DNA of 60,223 nucleotides, counting the filler, from Coriobacteriales bacterium (GTDB lineage: Bacteria > Actinomycetota > Coriobacteriia > Coriobacteriales > UBA8131): the NCBI GenBank assembly GCA_031263105.1. It is 7 parts of 7 records of this genome, joined end to end, with 100 filler letters (N's around TTAATTAATTAA, not from the genome) between each part and the next. Parts side by side here need not be neighbours in the genome. Positions count along the whole stretch, not along the records: positions 5,248 to 13,058 come from JAISGJ010000153.1; positions 13,159 to 18,033 come from JAISGJ010000155.1; positions 18,134 to 26,509 come from JAISGJ010000159.1; 4 more parts are not named here. One strand, 5' to 3'. A model generated the notes under the pieces. That model was not told the origin of the DNA. It ran no database searches and worked only from the letters and a program-made list of their open reading frames with translations. Position 1 is the first letter of the stretch; every line of letters starts with the position of its first letter. The translations under genes were made by a program, and so were the position numbers. Shown piece by piece: positions 9,240 through 18,982 of this stretch.

Positions 9240-10316
9240 ATGAATCAGGACAGGCTCCGCAAGGCAATCGCGAAATACAGCGAGGATACTGCTGTTAACC
9301 CAATGGCATTCGAGGACGCGCAGAGAGAAAGGAGCGAACGGAAGGAGTACTACCGTAGCTTTGACAAGAAGAAGCTGGCCCAAATCAGCGAAGAGGAGTT
9401 CGCGGAGTTCTATGGCAAGCTTTGGGCAATGAGAATGTGGGGCAACAAGCAATATAGGATTGACGAAATAATCAGAAAGAATGGCTTTGAGAAGATTACG
9501 AGTTCCTTGGCAGAGCTTCTTTATGGCCCAGCATCGCTTGCTCGACGCTGGGACACCTTTCTTGATAAGGTTAAAGGGGTCGGGCCGGCTACAATCAGCG
9601 AGCTGCTTTCCTACATAGACTCGGATACGTATGCGATTCTCAACAGGACAACGATTTCGAGTTTGGAATACTTGGAAGTCAAGTCGCTCCCAAAGCACAA
9701 CTATCAGAACACCGGCGAAAAGTATGAGGAGATTTGCGGCATTGTTGTCAAGATCGCCAAAACCATCACTGAGCAGACCGGGCAAAAGACGGATTTGCTT
9801 GCTGCCGACTACTTCTTCTGGGATATACTCCTTCCACTTTCAAAGAGCGAGGCATTGGCTGCCATTGGAGAGCGGGAGATTTCTGACACGTTGCCAATAG
9901 CAAAATCAAAGCATGACGAGCTTATAGAAAAAATCGTTGAAATCGGTGCGCTCCTTGGATTTGAGAGCAGAAGTGAGATAAAGGTCGCGAAAGGGGCGAA
10001 GGTGGACGCAGTCTGGGAAGCAAAAATCGGCAACATGGGAAAGGTCATATACGTTTTTGAAGTGCAGTCGCGCGGATCGATTGACAGTCTGATTCTCAAC
10101 CTTAAAAAGGCCCAGAGCAATGCGGCGGTGCAGGCTGTTGTCGCCGTATCGGACGAACAGCAGATAGAAAACATAAGAGAAGAGAGTATCGGGGTCATTG
10201 AAGAGCGATCCTTGCGCACGTGGAGTGACAAGGAGGTATCGTTTGTCTATGATTCGCTCATAAGCGCCCATGAGTCTATCAACAGGCTGCAGCTGGTGCC
10301 CGAGAGCTTCCTGTAG
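9240..10316 (+). CDS. Hypothetical protein, putative restriction endonuclease-like (helix-hairpin-helix-like N-terminus, PD-(D/E)XK-like C-terminus)
   Basis: Lower-GC ORF, GGAG RBS; VKGVGPATISELL motif; E...KVDAVW...VFEVQ motif. Confidence 0.55.
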   Translation: MNQDRLRKAIAKYSEDTAVNPMAFEDAQRERSERKEYYRSFDKKKLAQISEEEFAEFYGKLWAMRMWGNKQYRIDEIIRKNGFEKITSSLAELLYGPASLARRWDTFLDKVKGVGPATISELLSYIDSDTYAILNRTTISSLEYLEVKSLPKHNYQNTGEKYEEICGIVVKIAKTITEQTGQKTDLLAADYFFWDILLPLSKSEALAAIGEREISDTLPIAKSKHDELIEKIVEIGALLGFESRSEIKVAKGAKVDAVWEAKIGNMGKVIYVFEVQSRGSIDSLILNLKKAQSNAAVQAVVAVSDEQQIENIREESIGVIEERSLRTWSDKEVSFVYDSLISAHESINRLQLVPESFL

Positions 10317-10475
10317 AAGACGAGCTTGTGGCTTTCTGCTGCAAGACTGTGACGAAAACCCGAGGATGCGTCGTCTCGATGCGTTCGGTACACAATGCCC
10401 TGTTTCGTTACACTTTTCTCCAGAAACATACTAAAATGGCCTGTAACCGATAGGCCGTACCGAGAAGGAGGCATC

Positions 10476-11006
10476 ATGTTCGATTCGAAGGTCGAGCGGC
10501 TGCTCAACGAGCAGGTCGTTGCGGAGATGTATTCGGCGAACCTCTACCTTTCCATGTCCGCCTGGTTTCGCGAGAAGAGCCTCGACGGCTACGCCAGCTG
10601 GTTCTACGTGCAGTACAAGGAGGAGATGGACCACGCTCTCATCATCTACAACTTCATCCTCAACGCTGGTGGGCAGGTGAAGCTCGGGCAGATCGACGCG
10701 CCTCCTGCCGAGTTCGCGGACGTCAGGGCGATACTGGCGGAGAGCCTTGCGCACGAGCAGCTGGTGACCTCGCTCATCTACGCCATCAATGAGGCGGCGG
10801 CAGAGGCGAAGGACTACAAGACGGTGCAGTTCCTCGACTGGTTCGTCAAGGAGCAGGTCGAGGAGGAGGACAACGCCTCCACGAACCTCGGTCGCTACGA
10901 CCTCTTCGGTGCCGATCCGAAGGGGCTGTTCTCGCTCGACGAGGAGATGGGCGGCCGCAGCTACACCCAGACCGCACAGGTCGCCGTCTACGAGGGGGCG
11001 GCCTGA
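10476..11006 (+). CDS. ftnA: Non-heme ferritin
   Basis: [23 protein letters not shown] and [13 protein letters not shown] ferroxidase motifs; AAGGAGG RBS. Confidence 0.93.
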   Translation: MFDSKVERLLNEQVVAEMYSANLYLSMSAWFREKSLDGYASWFYVQYKEEMDHALIIYNFILNAGGQVKLGQIDAPPAEFADVRAILAESLAHEQLVTSLIYAINEAAAEAKDYKTVQFLDWFVKEQVEEEDNASTNLGRYDLFGADPKGLFSLDEEMGGRSYTQTAQVAVYEGAA

Positions 11007-11122
11007 CGCAGGGACGGGCCGAGGCCGTCCTGTCCTTTACGGAGTTTCAAGGAACGTGTATTGTGATGAACGTAGGGCGCAGGACACGAGCAGGGCAATC
11101 CTTTCATGCAAGGAGGCTAGGT

Positions 11123-12682
11123 ATGACCGAGAGCACAGGGCCCCAGGCCCCCGCACCGCTCCCCACCCCCGAGACCGACCACAAGCTCACCACCACCGCA
11201 GGTGCGCCGGTTCCCAACAACACCGATGCGATAACCGTCGGCCCCCGTGGCCCCATGCTGGTACAGGACACGTGGTTCATGGAGAAGCTTGCGCATTTCG
11301 ACCGTGAGGTCATCCCCGAGCGCCGCATGCACGCGAAGGGCTCGGGTGCCTTCGGCACCTTCACGGTGACGCACGACATCGGCGCGTACACGGCCGCAAA
11401 GGTGTTCGACGGCATCGGCAGGCAGACGCCGGTGTTCGTCCGCTTCTCCACCGTCGCCGGCGAGCGTGGCGCGGCGGACGCCGAGCGCGACATCCGAGGG
11501 TTTGCGACCAAGTTCTACACCGAGGAGGGCAACTGGGACCTCGTGGGCAACAACACCCCGGTGTTCTTCATCCGCGACCCGCACAAGTTCCCCGACCTCA
11601 ACCACGCCGTCAAGCGCGACCCCAAGACCAACCGCCGCAGCGCCCAGAACAACTGGGACTACTGGTCGAGCCTGCCGGAGGCGCTCCATCAGGTGACCAT
11701 CACGATGAGCGACCGGGGCCTGCCCGTGGGCTACCGCAACATGCACGGCTTCGGCTCGCACACCTTCTCCTTTATCAACAAGAGCAAGGAGCTCGTGTGG
11801 GTGAAGTTCCACTGGGTGTGCAGGCAGGGGATCAAGAACTGGACCGACGCGGAGGCCGCCGAGGTCATCGCACGCGACCGCGAGAGCTCGCAGACCGACC
11901 TCTTCGACGCGATCGAGGCAGGCGACTTCCCCCGCTGGGACCTGTCCGTGCAGATCATGACCCAGGAGCAGGCCCATACGCATCCGGAGAACCCCTTTGA
12001 CATCACGAAGGTGTGGAGCCACAAGGAGTACCCGCTCATCCCGGTGGGCACCTTGGAGCTCAACAGGAACCCCGAGAACTACTTCGCAGACGTCGAGCAG
12101 GCGGCCTTCAACCCCGGCAACGTGGTGCCGGGCATCAGCCACTCGCCCGACAAGCTGCTGCAGGGGCGCCTGTTCACCTACGGCGACGCGCACCGCTACC
12201 GCCTCGGCGTGAACCACGACCTCATCCCCGTGAACAAGCCCACGGTGCCCGTGCACTCCTACCATCGCGACGGCCTCATGCGCGTGGACGGCAACTTCGG
12301 CGCGGCCAAGGGCTACACGCCCAACAGCATCGGCGAGTGGCTCGAGCAGGGTGACTACACGACCCTGACGGATCCTGAGCTCGCATGGGAGGGCGCGGTC
12401 GGGCGTTACTCGCAGTACGACGGGGACGACCCCTACAAGCAGCCGGGTGACCTGTGGCGCCTGCTCACACCCGACAAGAAGCTCGTGCTCATCGACAACA
12501 CCGCGCGCAACATGGACGGCGTGACCGAGAACGTCAAGCTGCGCCACGCCGCCCACTGCTGCCTCGCCGACGAGGACTACGGCACGGCCCTCGCCGAGGC
12601 CTGCGCCCTCGACCTCGCGAAGGTCAAGGAGCTGGCCGCACTGCCGCTGGCAGACCGCCTCGCCGCGACGGTGACGGCGTAG
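11123..12682 (+). CDS. katA: Monofunctional heme catalase
   Basis: [15 protein letters not shown] and [12 protein letters not shown] catalase signatures; AGGAGG RBS. Confidence 0.96.
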   Translation: MTESTGPQAPAPLPTPETDHKLTTTAGAPVPNNTDAITVGPRGPMLVQDTWFMEKLAHFDREVIPERRMHAKGSGAFGTFTVTHDIGAYTAAKVFDGIGRQTPVFVRFSTVAGERGAADAERDIRGFATKFYTEEGNWDLVGNNTPVFFIRDPHKFPDLNHAVKRDPKTNRRSAQNNWDYWSSLPEALHQVTITMSDRGLPVGYRNMHGFGSHTFSFINKSKELVWVKFHWVCRQGIKNWTDAEAAEVIARDRESSQTDLFDAIEAGDFPRWDLSVQIMTQEQAHTHPENPFDITKVWSHKEYPLIPVGTLELNRNPENYFADVEQAAFNPGNVVPGISHSPDKLLQGRLFTYGDAHRYRLGVNHDLIPVNKPTVPVHSYHRDGLMRVDGNFGAAKGYTPNSIGEWLEQGDYTTLTDPELAWEGAVGRYSQYDGDDPYKQPGDLWRLLTPDKKLVLIDNTARNMDGVTENVKLRHAAHCCLADEDYGTALAEACALDLAKVKELAALPLADRLAATVTA

Positions 12683-12735
12683 GGACAGCCTGCTGCCGGG
12701 CGCACGGCCCACAGCAACGAGAGAAAGGCAACATC

Positions 12736-12945
12736 ATGAAGATATCGGCACGCAACCAGCTCAAAGGAACGATAACGAAGGTCGAGAAGGGCGCGGTCTC
12801 AAGCATCGTCACGCTCGACGTCTCCGGCAACGCCATCACGGCCACGATCTCGAACGCGGCCGTCGACGACCTCGGGCTCGAGCCCGGCATGGAGGCCTAT
12901 GCGATCATCAAGGCGACCTCGGTCATGGTAGGCGTCGACCACTAG
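12736..12945 (+). CDS. TOBE/Mop molybdate-binding protein
   Basis: MKISARNQLKG...AIIKATSVMV, 69 aa. Confidence 0.92.
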   Translation: MKISARNQLKGTITKVEKGAVSSIVTLDVSGNAITATISNAAVDDLGLEPGMEAYAIIKATSVMVGVDH

Positions 12946-13058
12946 GGAGGCGCCGATTAATCCACTTTCGCGCCGTTTTTAGTCGTGTTATGCCGAGCGC
13001 TTCAGCGCTCGGCACTGTCTTAGTCTCACATCGCGTCCAATTCACGCATCTGGGCGCT
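12946..13058. mobile_element. IS5-family-like element end (113 bp, at contig edge), inserted at CTAG
   Basis: CTAG then GGAGGCGCCGATTAAT; identical to 17921-18033 and 26397-26509. Confidence 0.75.
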
Positions 13059-13158
13059 NNNNNNNNNNNNNNNNNNNNNNNNNNNNNNNNNNNNNNNNNN
13101 NNTTAATTAATTAANNNNNNNNNNNNNNNNNNNNNNNNNNNNNNNNNNNNNNNNNNNN
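13059..13158. other. Artificial contig linker
   Basis: N-TTAATTAATTAA-N. Confidence 0.99.
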
Positions 13159-13192
13159 TAACCGGCGCGCGGCGCGGCTCCTGCCCTTCTTT

Positions 13193-14263
13193 TTACGAAG
13201 TCAGCTCGATGACCGGCTTGATGAGGTCGCGCGGCTTGTCCTTCATGAGGAGCAGGCCCTCCTCCAGATCCTCGAAGCGGCTGAAGCGGTGCGTGAGCAG
13301 ACGGCCCACGTCGAGGCGCTTGTTGACCAGCACCTGCGCAAGGTACTCCATGTTCTTGCGCCCGCCGGGCATCAGGCCGCCGACGATGCGGATGTGGCCC
13401 ATGCCGAGGCCCCATTCGACACGGGGGATCTGGATGTACTCGCCGGTCCCCAGGTAGTTGATGTTGGCGACGATGCCGCCGGGACGGACCATCCGCACGG
13501 CCTGGTCGAAGGTCTCAAGGCCGCCGCCCGCAAGGATGACCTTGTCGACGGGCTTGCCGTGCTGGGCCTCCTTGACCTGCTCGACGATGTCGCCGTCCTT
13601 GTAGTTGACAAGGTCGGTCGCGCCGTAGGCCAGGGCGACCTCCTGGCAGCGCTTGCGCGAGCCGACCGCATAGACCCTGCCGGCGCCGCGCAGCACCGTG
13701 CCTGCGACGGCCATGAGGCCGACGGGGCCGATGCCGATGACCACGACGGTCTCCCCGTAGGCGACCTCGGCAAGGTTCGCGCCGTGGAAGCCCGTGGGGA
13801 CCATGTCCGACAGCATGACGGCATCGGCGGCGGATATCTCGTCAGGCAGGTGCGCGAGGTTGCCGTCCGCCTGGTTGACGTGGAAGTACTCGGCGAAGGT
13901 GCCGTCCTTCGAGTTCGAGAACTTCCAGCCGTTCAGCATGCCGTAGGAATGCTGCGAGAAGCCCGCCTGCGACTCGACGGCCTCCCAGTCCGGGGTGATG
14001 GCGGGGATGATGACCCGGTCGCCCGGCTTGAAGTCCTTGACCAGGGAACCGACCTCCACGACCTCCGCGCTGGCCTCGTGCCCCAGTATCAGGTCGTGGC
14101 GGTCGCCGATCGCATGCTCCCAGACCGTGTGCACGTCCGAGGTGCAGGGCGAGATGGCCAACGGCCTGCAAAGCGCGTCGTTCGGCCCGACCTCGGGAAC
14201 CTCCTTCTCTATCCAGCCTATCTTGTCGAAGCCGAGCATCGCAAGACCCTTCATGGTAGCCAT
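13193..14263 (-). CDS. adh: Zn-dependent secondary (isopropanol-type) alcohol dehydrogenase, probably NADP-dependent
   Basis: PCTSDVH, LGHE, GIGPVG, VGSR and KDKPRDLIKPV motifs as in Clostridium/Thermoanaerobacter secondary ADHs. Confidence 0.9.
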   Translation of the reverse strand: MATMKGLAMLGFDKIGWIEKEVPEVGPNDALCRPLAISPCTSDVHTVWEHAIGDRHDLILGHEASAEVVEVGSLVKDFKPGDRVIIPAITPDWEAVESQAGFSQHSYGMLNGWKFSNSKDGTFAEYFHVNQADGNLAHLPDEISAADAVMLSDMVPTGFHGANLAEVAYGETVVVIGIGPVGLMAVAGTVLRGAGRVYAVGSRKRCQEVALAYGATDLVNYKDGDIVEQVKEAQHGKPVDKVILAGGGLETFDQAVRMVRPGGIVANINYLGTGEYIQIPRVEWGLGMGHIRIVGGLMPGGRKNMEYLAQVLVNKRLDVGRLLTHRFSRFEDLEEGLLLMKDKPRDLIKPVIELTS

Positions 14264-14437
14264 ACGCGTGATCCCTTTCTCTCGTGTCAAAGCAGGAAAT
14301 GAACAAGAAGTCTCAAAGTATACCTCTATGTGTCGGCAGAAGGGAAGGCAGAGCAGAAACAGAGACAGCCGGAGGACGAGGGTTCTCGCCCGGGTTCTCG
14401 CCTGGGTCGCCTGCGTGCCCCGGCAAAGGGCTTGGAG

Positions 14438-14625
14438 CACTGTCATCCCGAGCCTGCCGAGGGAGCTTCGGCCGCGCCAGCGGCCGACCGCAGTCGAAAG
14501 GCGCTTCGGCCTGCAGTCGGCTGCTTCGCGTCCCGTGGGCCTGTCGGCCCGTCCTCGCTGAAAACGCGGTGCGTTTTCCGGGCGCTCGGACCCAAGGATC
14601 CCTCGGCAGGCTCGGGATGACAGTG
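14438..14625. repeat. Palindromic MITE/REP-like element, copy 4 (inner inverted repeat only, variant core)
   Basis: CACTGTCATCCCGAGCCTGCCGAGGGA...TCCCTCGGCAGGCTCGGGATGACAGTG. Confidence 0.88.
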
Positions 14626-14668
14626 GGCAGACGCACCAAGCCGCTGACGCCGTGGTACAATCGCAGGC

Positions 14669-14818
14669 ATGGGAACGCCTCGAAAGACAGCCCTCCTCGC
14701 CGGTGCCGTGCTCGTCCTTGCACTGTTGCTCGTCGTCTTGGGCGTGGCGCAGGGGGACCCCCTCGACGTCTACCGCAAGGCGGCGCGCATCTGCTTCGAG
14801 TGCATCGGGATCGGGTGA
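14669..14818 (+). CDS. Small CXXC membrane protein (CD1871A-like family), 49 aa, not in the ORF track
   Basis: Manual translation MGTPRKTALLAGAVLVLALLLVVLGVAQGDPLDVYRKAARICFECIGIG; GTGA overlap with the next gene. Confidence 0.85.
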   Translation: MGTPRKTALLAGAVLVLALLLVVLGVAQGDPLDVYRKAARICFECIGIG

Positions 14819-15900
14819 GCCGGGTGGGCCGCGCGACCCGGGGAACCCAAGGGGCAGGGCGCTACAAGCGACGAGTGGTCCAGGTGCTCGCGGCGCTCCT
14901 CTACAACCTCGATGCCCCGGGCTTTGCCGCAGGCCGCATCTCCCAAAGCCCCACCAAGGCCGTCTGCGTCCCGGGCCTGAACTGCTACTCCTGCCCGGCC
15001 GCCGTCGGCGCCTGCCCCATCGGCTCCCTCCAAGCGGCGCTCGGGGCGGTCGACCACAGGCTCCCCTTCTACCTCGTCGGCACGCTGCTCGCCTTCGGTG
15101 CGCTGTTCGGAAGGACCGTCTGCGGATGGCTCTGCCCCTTCGGGCTGCTGCAGGAGCTCCTCGCCAAGATACCCGTCCCCCTCCTACGGAAAGGCCGCCT
15201 CACGAGGAGGGCAAGCTCGGCGAAGTACCTCGTCCTCGGCGTGACGGTGATCCTCGTGCCGCTCGGCATCGCCTTGGCGGGACGGCCGCCCCTCCCCTTC
15301 TTCTGCGCCTGGCTCTGCCCCGTGGGCACCTTGGAGGCAGGCATCCCGCTGGTTCTTGCCGACGAGCGGCTGGGGGAGACCTTGGGCTGGCAGTTCGTCT
15401 GGAAGGCCGCCCTCCTCGCGGCGGTCCTTGTGGCCTGCGCCTTCGTCTACCGGCCCTTCTGCCGCTTCCTCTGCCCGCTGGGCGCGCTGTACTCGTTCTT
15501 CAACCGCTTCGCGCTGCTGCGCTACCGCGTGGACCCTGTGCGCTGCACGCACTGCGACACCTGCGTCGAGACCTGCCGGATGGACGTCAAGGCCGTCGGC
15601 GACCGCGAGTGCATACAGTGCGGGGCCTGTGCGCCGCATTGCGAACAGGGCGCCATACGGTTTACACTGACGGATATGCTCAAGAGGAGAGACGGGCGCT
15701 CATCCCTTCCCGAGGTAAGGAGTGACGATGAGAGGGCTATGGAGAACACCGGGCACGAACAGGACGGCCGCCGCCTCGCGAAGGGCGGGCGCACGGCTGC
15801 TCGTCACTGTGCTTGCGATGCTTGCGGCGCTCGGCCTCCTCGCCGGCTGCATAGCGCTGCCGACGGTGGGGGCGGACTCCCCCGAGAAGGACGCCCCTGA
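14815..15900 (+). CDS. 4Fe-4S binding membrane protein (NapH/YccM-like polyferredoxin)
   Basis: CVPGLNCYSCP, CGWLCPFG, CRFLCPLG and two CxxCxxC motifs; the 3' end overlaps tlpA. Confidence 0.85.
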   Translation: MSRVGRATRGTQGAGRYKRRVVQVLAALLYNLDAPGFAAGRISQSPTKAVCVPGLNCYSCPAAVGACPIGSLQAALGAVDHRLPFYLVGTLLAFGALFGRTVCGWLCPFGLLQELLAKIPVPLLRKGRLTRRASSAKYLVLGVTVILVPLGIALAGRPPLPFFCAWLCPVGTLEAGIPLVLADERLGETLGWQFVWKAALLAAVLVACAFVYRPFCRFLCPLGALYSFFNRFALLRYRVDPVRCTHCDTCVETCRMDVKAVGDRECIQCGACAPHCEQGAIRFTLTDMLKRRDGRSSLPEVRSDDERAMENTGHEQDGRRLAKGGRTAARHCACDACGARPPRRLHSAADGGGGLPREGRP

Positions 15901-16405
15901 CGCCGCACAGCCTGCCGGTGCCGGGAGCGCGGCCGCTGCGGACGGCACCGCCGTGCCCGCCCCTGCCGCGCCTGCTGCCGTCGCCCTACAGGAGGGCGCT
16001 GCGGCGCCCGACTTCCCCTACACCGCCGTCGACGGAACCGCCTCGACGCTCTCGGCGCATCGCGGCTCCGTCGTGCTCATAAACCTCTGGGCGTCCTGGT
16101 GCGGCCCCTGCGTCGCCGAGATGCCCGAGATCGACCGCCTCGAACAGGAGAACCCCGACCTCGTGGTCCTCGCCGTCAACGTGAGCGACAGGGCCGACGA
16201 CGCCCGCAGCTATATCGACGGGGCAGGCTACGGCTTCACGTGGATACTCGACACGAGCGGCGAGATCGGCTTCCTCTACCCTTCCAGCGGCATACCGTAC
16301 ACCGTCATCGTCGACAAGGAGGGCGCCATAAGCTCGATATACATGGGCAGCCCCCGCGACCCCTTTGCGACCTACGGCGACGCGATACGGAAGGCCGGCA
16401 TCTGA
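15728..16405 (+). CDS. TlpA-family thiol-disulfide reductase lipoprotein
   Basis: Lipobox LAGC; WASWCGPC; GIPYT; AAGGAG RBS. Confidence 0.88.
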   Translation: MRGLWRTPGTNRTAAASRRAGARLLVTVLAMLAALGLLAGCIALPTVGADSPEKDAPDAAQPAGAGSAAAADGTAVPAPAAPAAVALQEGAAAPDFPYTAVDGTASTLSAHRGSVVLINLWASWCGPCVAEMPEIDRLEQENPDLVVLAVNVSDRADDARSYIDGAGYGFTWILDTSGEIGFLYPSSGIPYTVIVDKEGAISSIYMGSPRDPFATYGDAIRKAGI

Positions 16406-16696
16406 GGATCCACTGCGCCCGAGTAACATCGGCAAGGCTGAACACGGCAGCTGGAGGTGCTGTTATGGGCGACGAGCGACCTCGCCTTGCCAGCATGGGG
16501 CTTTCCTCTACATGCGCACGGTCGTCCTTCTTCGGAATCCTGCAAAAGACGAGCTGCCTGCACATGGACAGGGAGCCGTCCTCTGTCCATGCGAAAAGTT
16601 TGACTCAGACAAATCGAGATAAATGGCCGTACCTATACAAAACTCTCGATGTATCGAGTATAGTGGTTTGGTCACCCTACTGTCTGGAGGAAGCCC

Positions 16697-17920
16697 GTGT
16701 TCATCCAACGTCCGGTCTATCTGCGGAAAATCGAGCCCTTTATCGACAAGGCGGTCGTCAAGATCGTCACCGGAGTGCGGCGCTGTGGAAAGTCTGTGCT
16801 GATGCTGCAGGTAATGGATCTGCTCAAGAGCCAAGGGGTGGAGGATGGCCGTATCGTCCTGATGAACTTCGACACCTTCGAGACAGGCGAGCGCCCGGAC
16901 GCCAGCGAGGTATACCAAGCACTGAAGGCCCGGTCCCGGGCAGCAGGTGCCAGGATCTATGTCTTTCTTGACGAGATACAGGAGCTTCGAGGGTGGGAAA
17001 AGCTGGTGAACTCCTGCATCACCGAACTCGACGTCGATGTATACCTGACAGGCTCGAACTCAAAGATGCTCTCCCGGGAGTATGCCAGCATGCTGACCGG
17101 GCGCTACGTCACCATCAACGTCTACCCGTTCTCATTCTCGGAGACCTTGGCCATGCGCCAGCTGCACGGGCAGGAAACGACGAGGCAGGAGGCCTTCAAC
17201 GGGTATCTGCTGTACGGCGGCATGCCGTTCGTCTGTCAGTTGGACGACGGGCACTCAAAGCTGCAGTACCTGCGCGATGTGGCCGAAGCCATCATCTCCA
17301 AAGACATAACCGAACGCTACAAGGTTCGCGACCTTGACTTGCTGAAACGCACGGTGGCGTTCCTTATGTCCACCATCGGCAACATGTCCTCAGCCAATAA
17401 CATCGCAAACTATTTTCGGGCCCAGGGACGGGCGGTGTCCTGGGAGACGGTATCCAACTACGTCGAATACCTCAAGACCGCCTGCCTGTTCCTCCCAGCG
17501 GCTCAGATCGACGTCAGCGGCAAAGCCATTCTACGCGCCTCCGAAAAGCTGTATCTCACCGACCACGGTTTCCGCGAGGCCATCTACGGAAAGAACCTGA
17601 CCAACGCCTCTCAGGTGCTGGAAAACATCGTCTATCTGGAGCTCCTGCGTCATGAGTATCAGGTCAACATCGGCAGGGTCGGCAGACAGGAAGTGGATTT
17701 TGTTGCCAAGAGGGACGGCCGGGTGCTTTATGTCCAAGTCTGCTACCTGCTTGCCAGCGACGAGATAGCACAGCGGGAGCTTCGGCCCCTGCAACAGATC
17801 AAGGACAACTACCCCAAACTGATCCTGTCCCTTGACCCCATAGACTTGAGCAGAGACGGGATACAGCACCTGAGCATCATCGACTTTCTCGCAGAAGACT
17901 ACGCTGCGAGGCAGCACTAG
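16697..17920 (+). CDS. AAA_14/DUF4143 ATP-binding protein
   Basis: GVRRCGKS, FLDEIQ, LTGSN, LENIVY and EVDFV motifs. Confidence 0.9.
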   Translation: MFIQRPVYLRKIEPFIDKAVVKIVTGVRRCGKSVLMLQVMDLLKSQGVEDGRIVLMNFDTFETGERPDASEVYQALKARSRAAGARIYVFLDEIQELRGWEKLVNSCITELDVDVYLTGSNSKMLSREYASMLTGRYVTINVYPFSFSETLAMRQLHGQETTRQEAFNGYLLYGGMPFVCQLDDGHSKLQYLRDVAEAIISKDITERYKVRDLDLLKRTVAFLMSTIGNMSSANNIANYFRAQGRAVSWETVSNYVEYLKTACLFLPAAQIDVSGKAILRASEKLYLTDHGFREAIYGKNLTNASQVLENIVYLELLRHEYQVNIGRVGRQEVDFVAKRDGRVLYVQVCYLLASDEIAQRELRPLQQIKDNYPKLILSLDPIDLSRDGIQHLSIIDFLAEDYAARQH

Positions 17921-18033
17921 GGAGGCGCCGATTAATCCACTTTCGCGCCGTTTTTAGTCGTGTTATGCCGAGCGCTTCAGCGCTCGGCACTGTCTTAGTC
18001 TCACATCGCGTCCAATTCACGCATCTGGGCGCT
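17921..18033. mobile_element. IS5-family-like element end (113 bp, at contig edge)
   Basis: Identical repeat following CTAG at 17917-17920. Confidence 0.75.
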
Positions 18034-18133
18034 NNNNNNNNNNNNNNNNNNNNNNNNNNNNNNNNNNNNNNNNNNNNTTAATTAATTAANNNNNNNNNNN
18101 NNNNNNNNNNNNNNNNNNNNNNNNNNNNNNNNN
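18034..18133. other. Artificial contig linker
   Basis: N-TTAATTAATTAA-N. Confidence 0.99.
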
Positions 18134-18982
18134 CCGCGGGCACGTTACGTTTGGTCCCCGGGGCGACGCCACCCCTCGCCCCCCCCCCCCGCCCCGCTGC
18201 CGCTCGCCTTGTGCCGGGGTCGCATCCTGATGCAGGCGGAGGATCCGGGCAAGCGTCTCGCGCAGCCGCGCTCGCTCGACCACCGCGTCCACGAAGCCGT
18301 GCTCGAGCTGGAACTCGGCGCTCTGGAAGCCCTCGGGCAGCTTGGTGCCGATGGTCTGCTCGATGACGCGCGGCCCCGCAAAGCCGATGAGCGCCCGTGG
18401 CTCGGCGAGGGTCACGTCCCCCAACGAGGCGAAGCTCGCCGTCACCCCGCCGGTCGTGGGATGTGCGAGCACGCTGACATAGAGGACGCCGACAGCGTTG
18501 AGCCGCTGTATGGCCGCAGAGGTCTTGGCCATCTGCATGAGCGAGAACATCCCTTCCTGCATGCGCGCCCCGCCGCTGGCGGAGAAGACGACGAGGGGGA
18601 CGAGGTGTGCCGCCGCATGCTCGGCGGCGCACGTGACGGTCTCGCCCACGACGACGCCCATGCTCCCCATGAGGAACTCGGGCAGGAGCTCGACGCAGAC
18701 GACCTCGATGCCCTCGATGGTGCCGGCCTTGCACAGGACGGCATCGGGGCGGCCGCTGCGCCGGGCGAGGTCCGCGACCTTCTCCCCATATCCAGGGAAC
18801 CCAAGGGGGTCCTGGGTGCCGAGGCCGTCGAAGAGAAGGGTGCCGCTCTTGCGGTCGAGCACCTCGTCGATACGGCTGTCGATGACGATTCTCGCGTTCG
18901 CCTTGCGGCGCGCCTTGCGCTCGGCGGCAAGGGCCTCGAGCTGGGCCTTGCGCTCGCGGAAGAAGTCGAAGATGGTGGCCAT
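18134..18982 (-). CDS. accD: Acetyl-CoA carboxylase carboxyltransferase beta subunit (3' end unreliable at contig edge)
   Basis: FLMGSMG, SGGARMQEG, PTTGGVTASFA and IGFAGPRVIEQT motifs. Confidence 0.9.
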
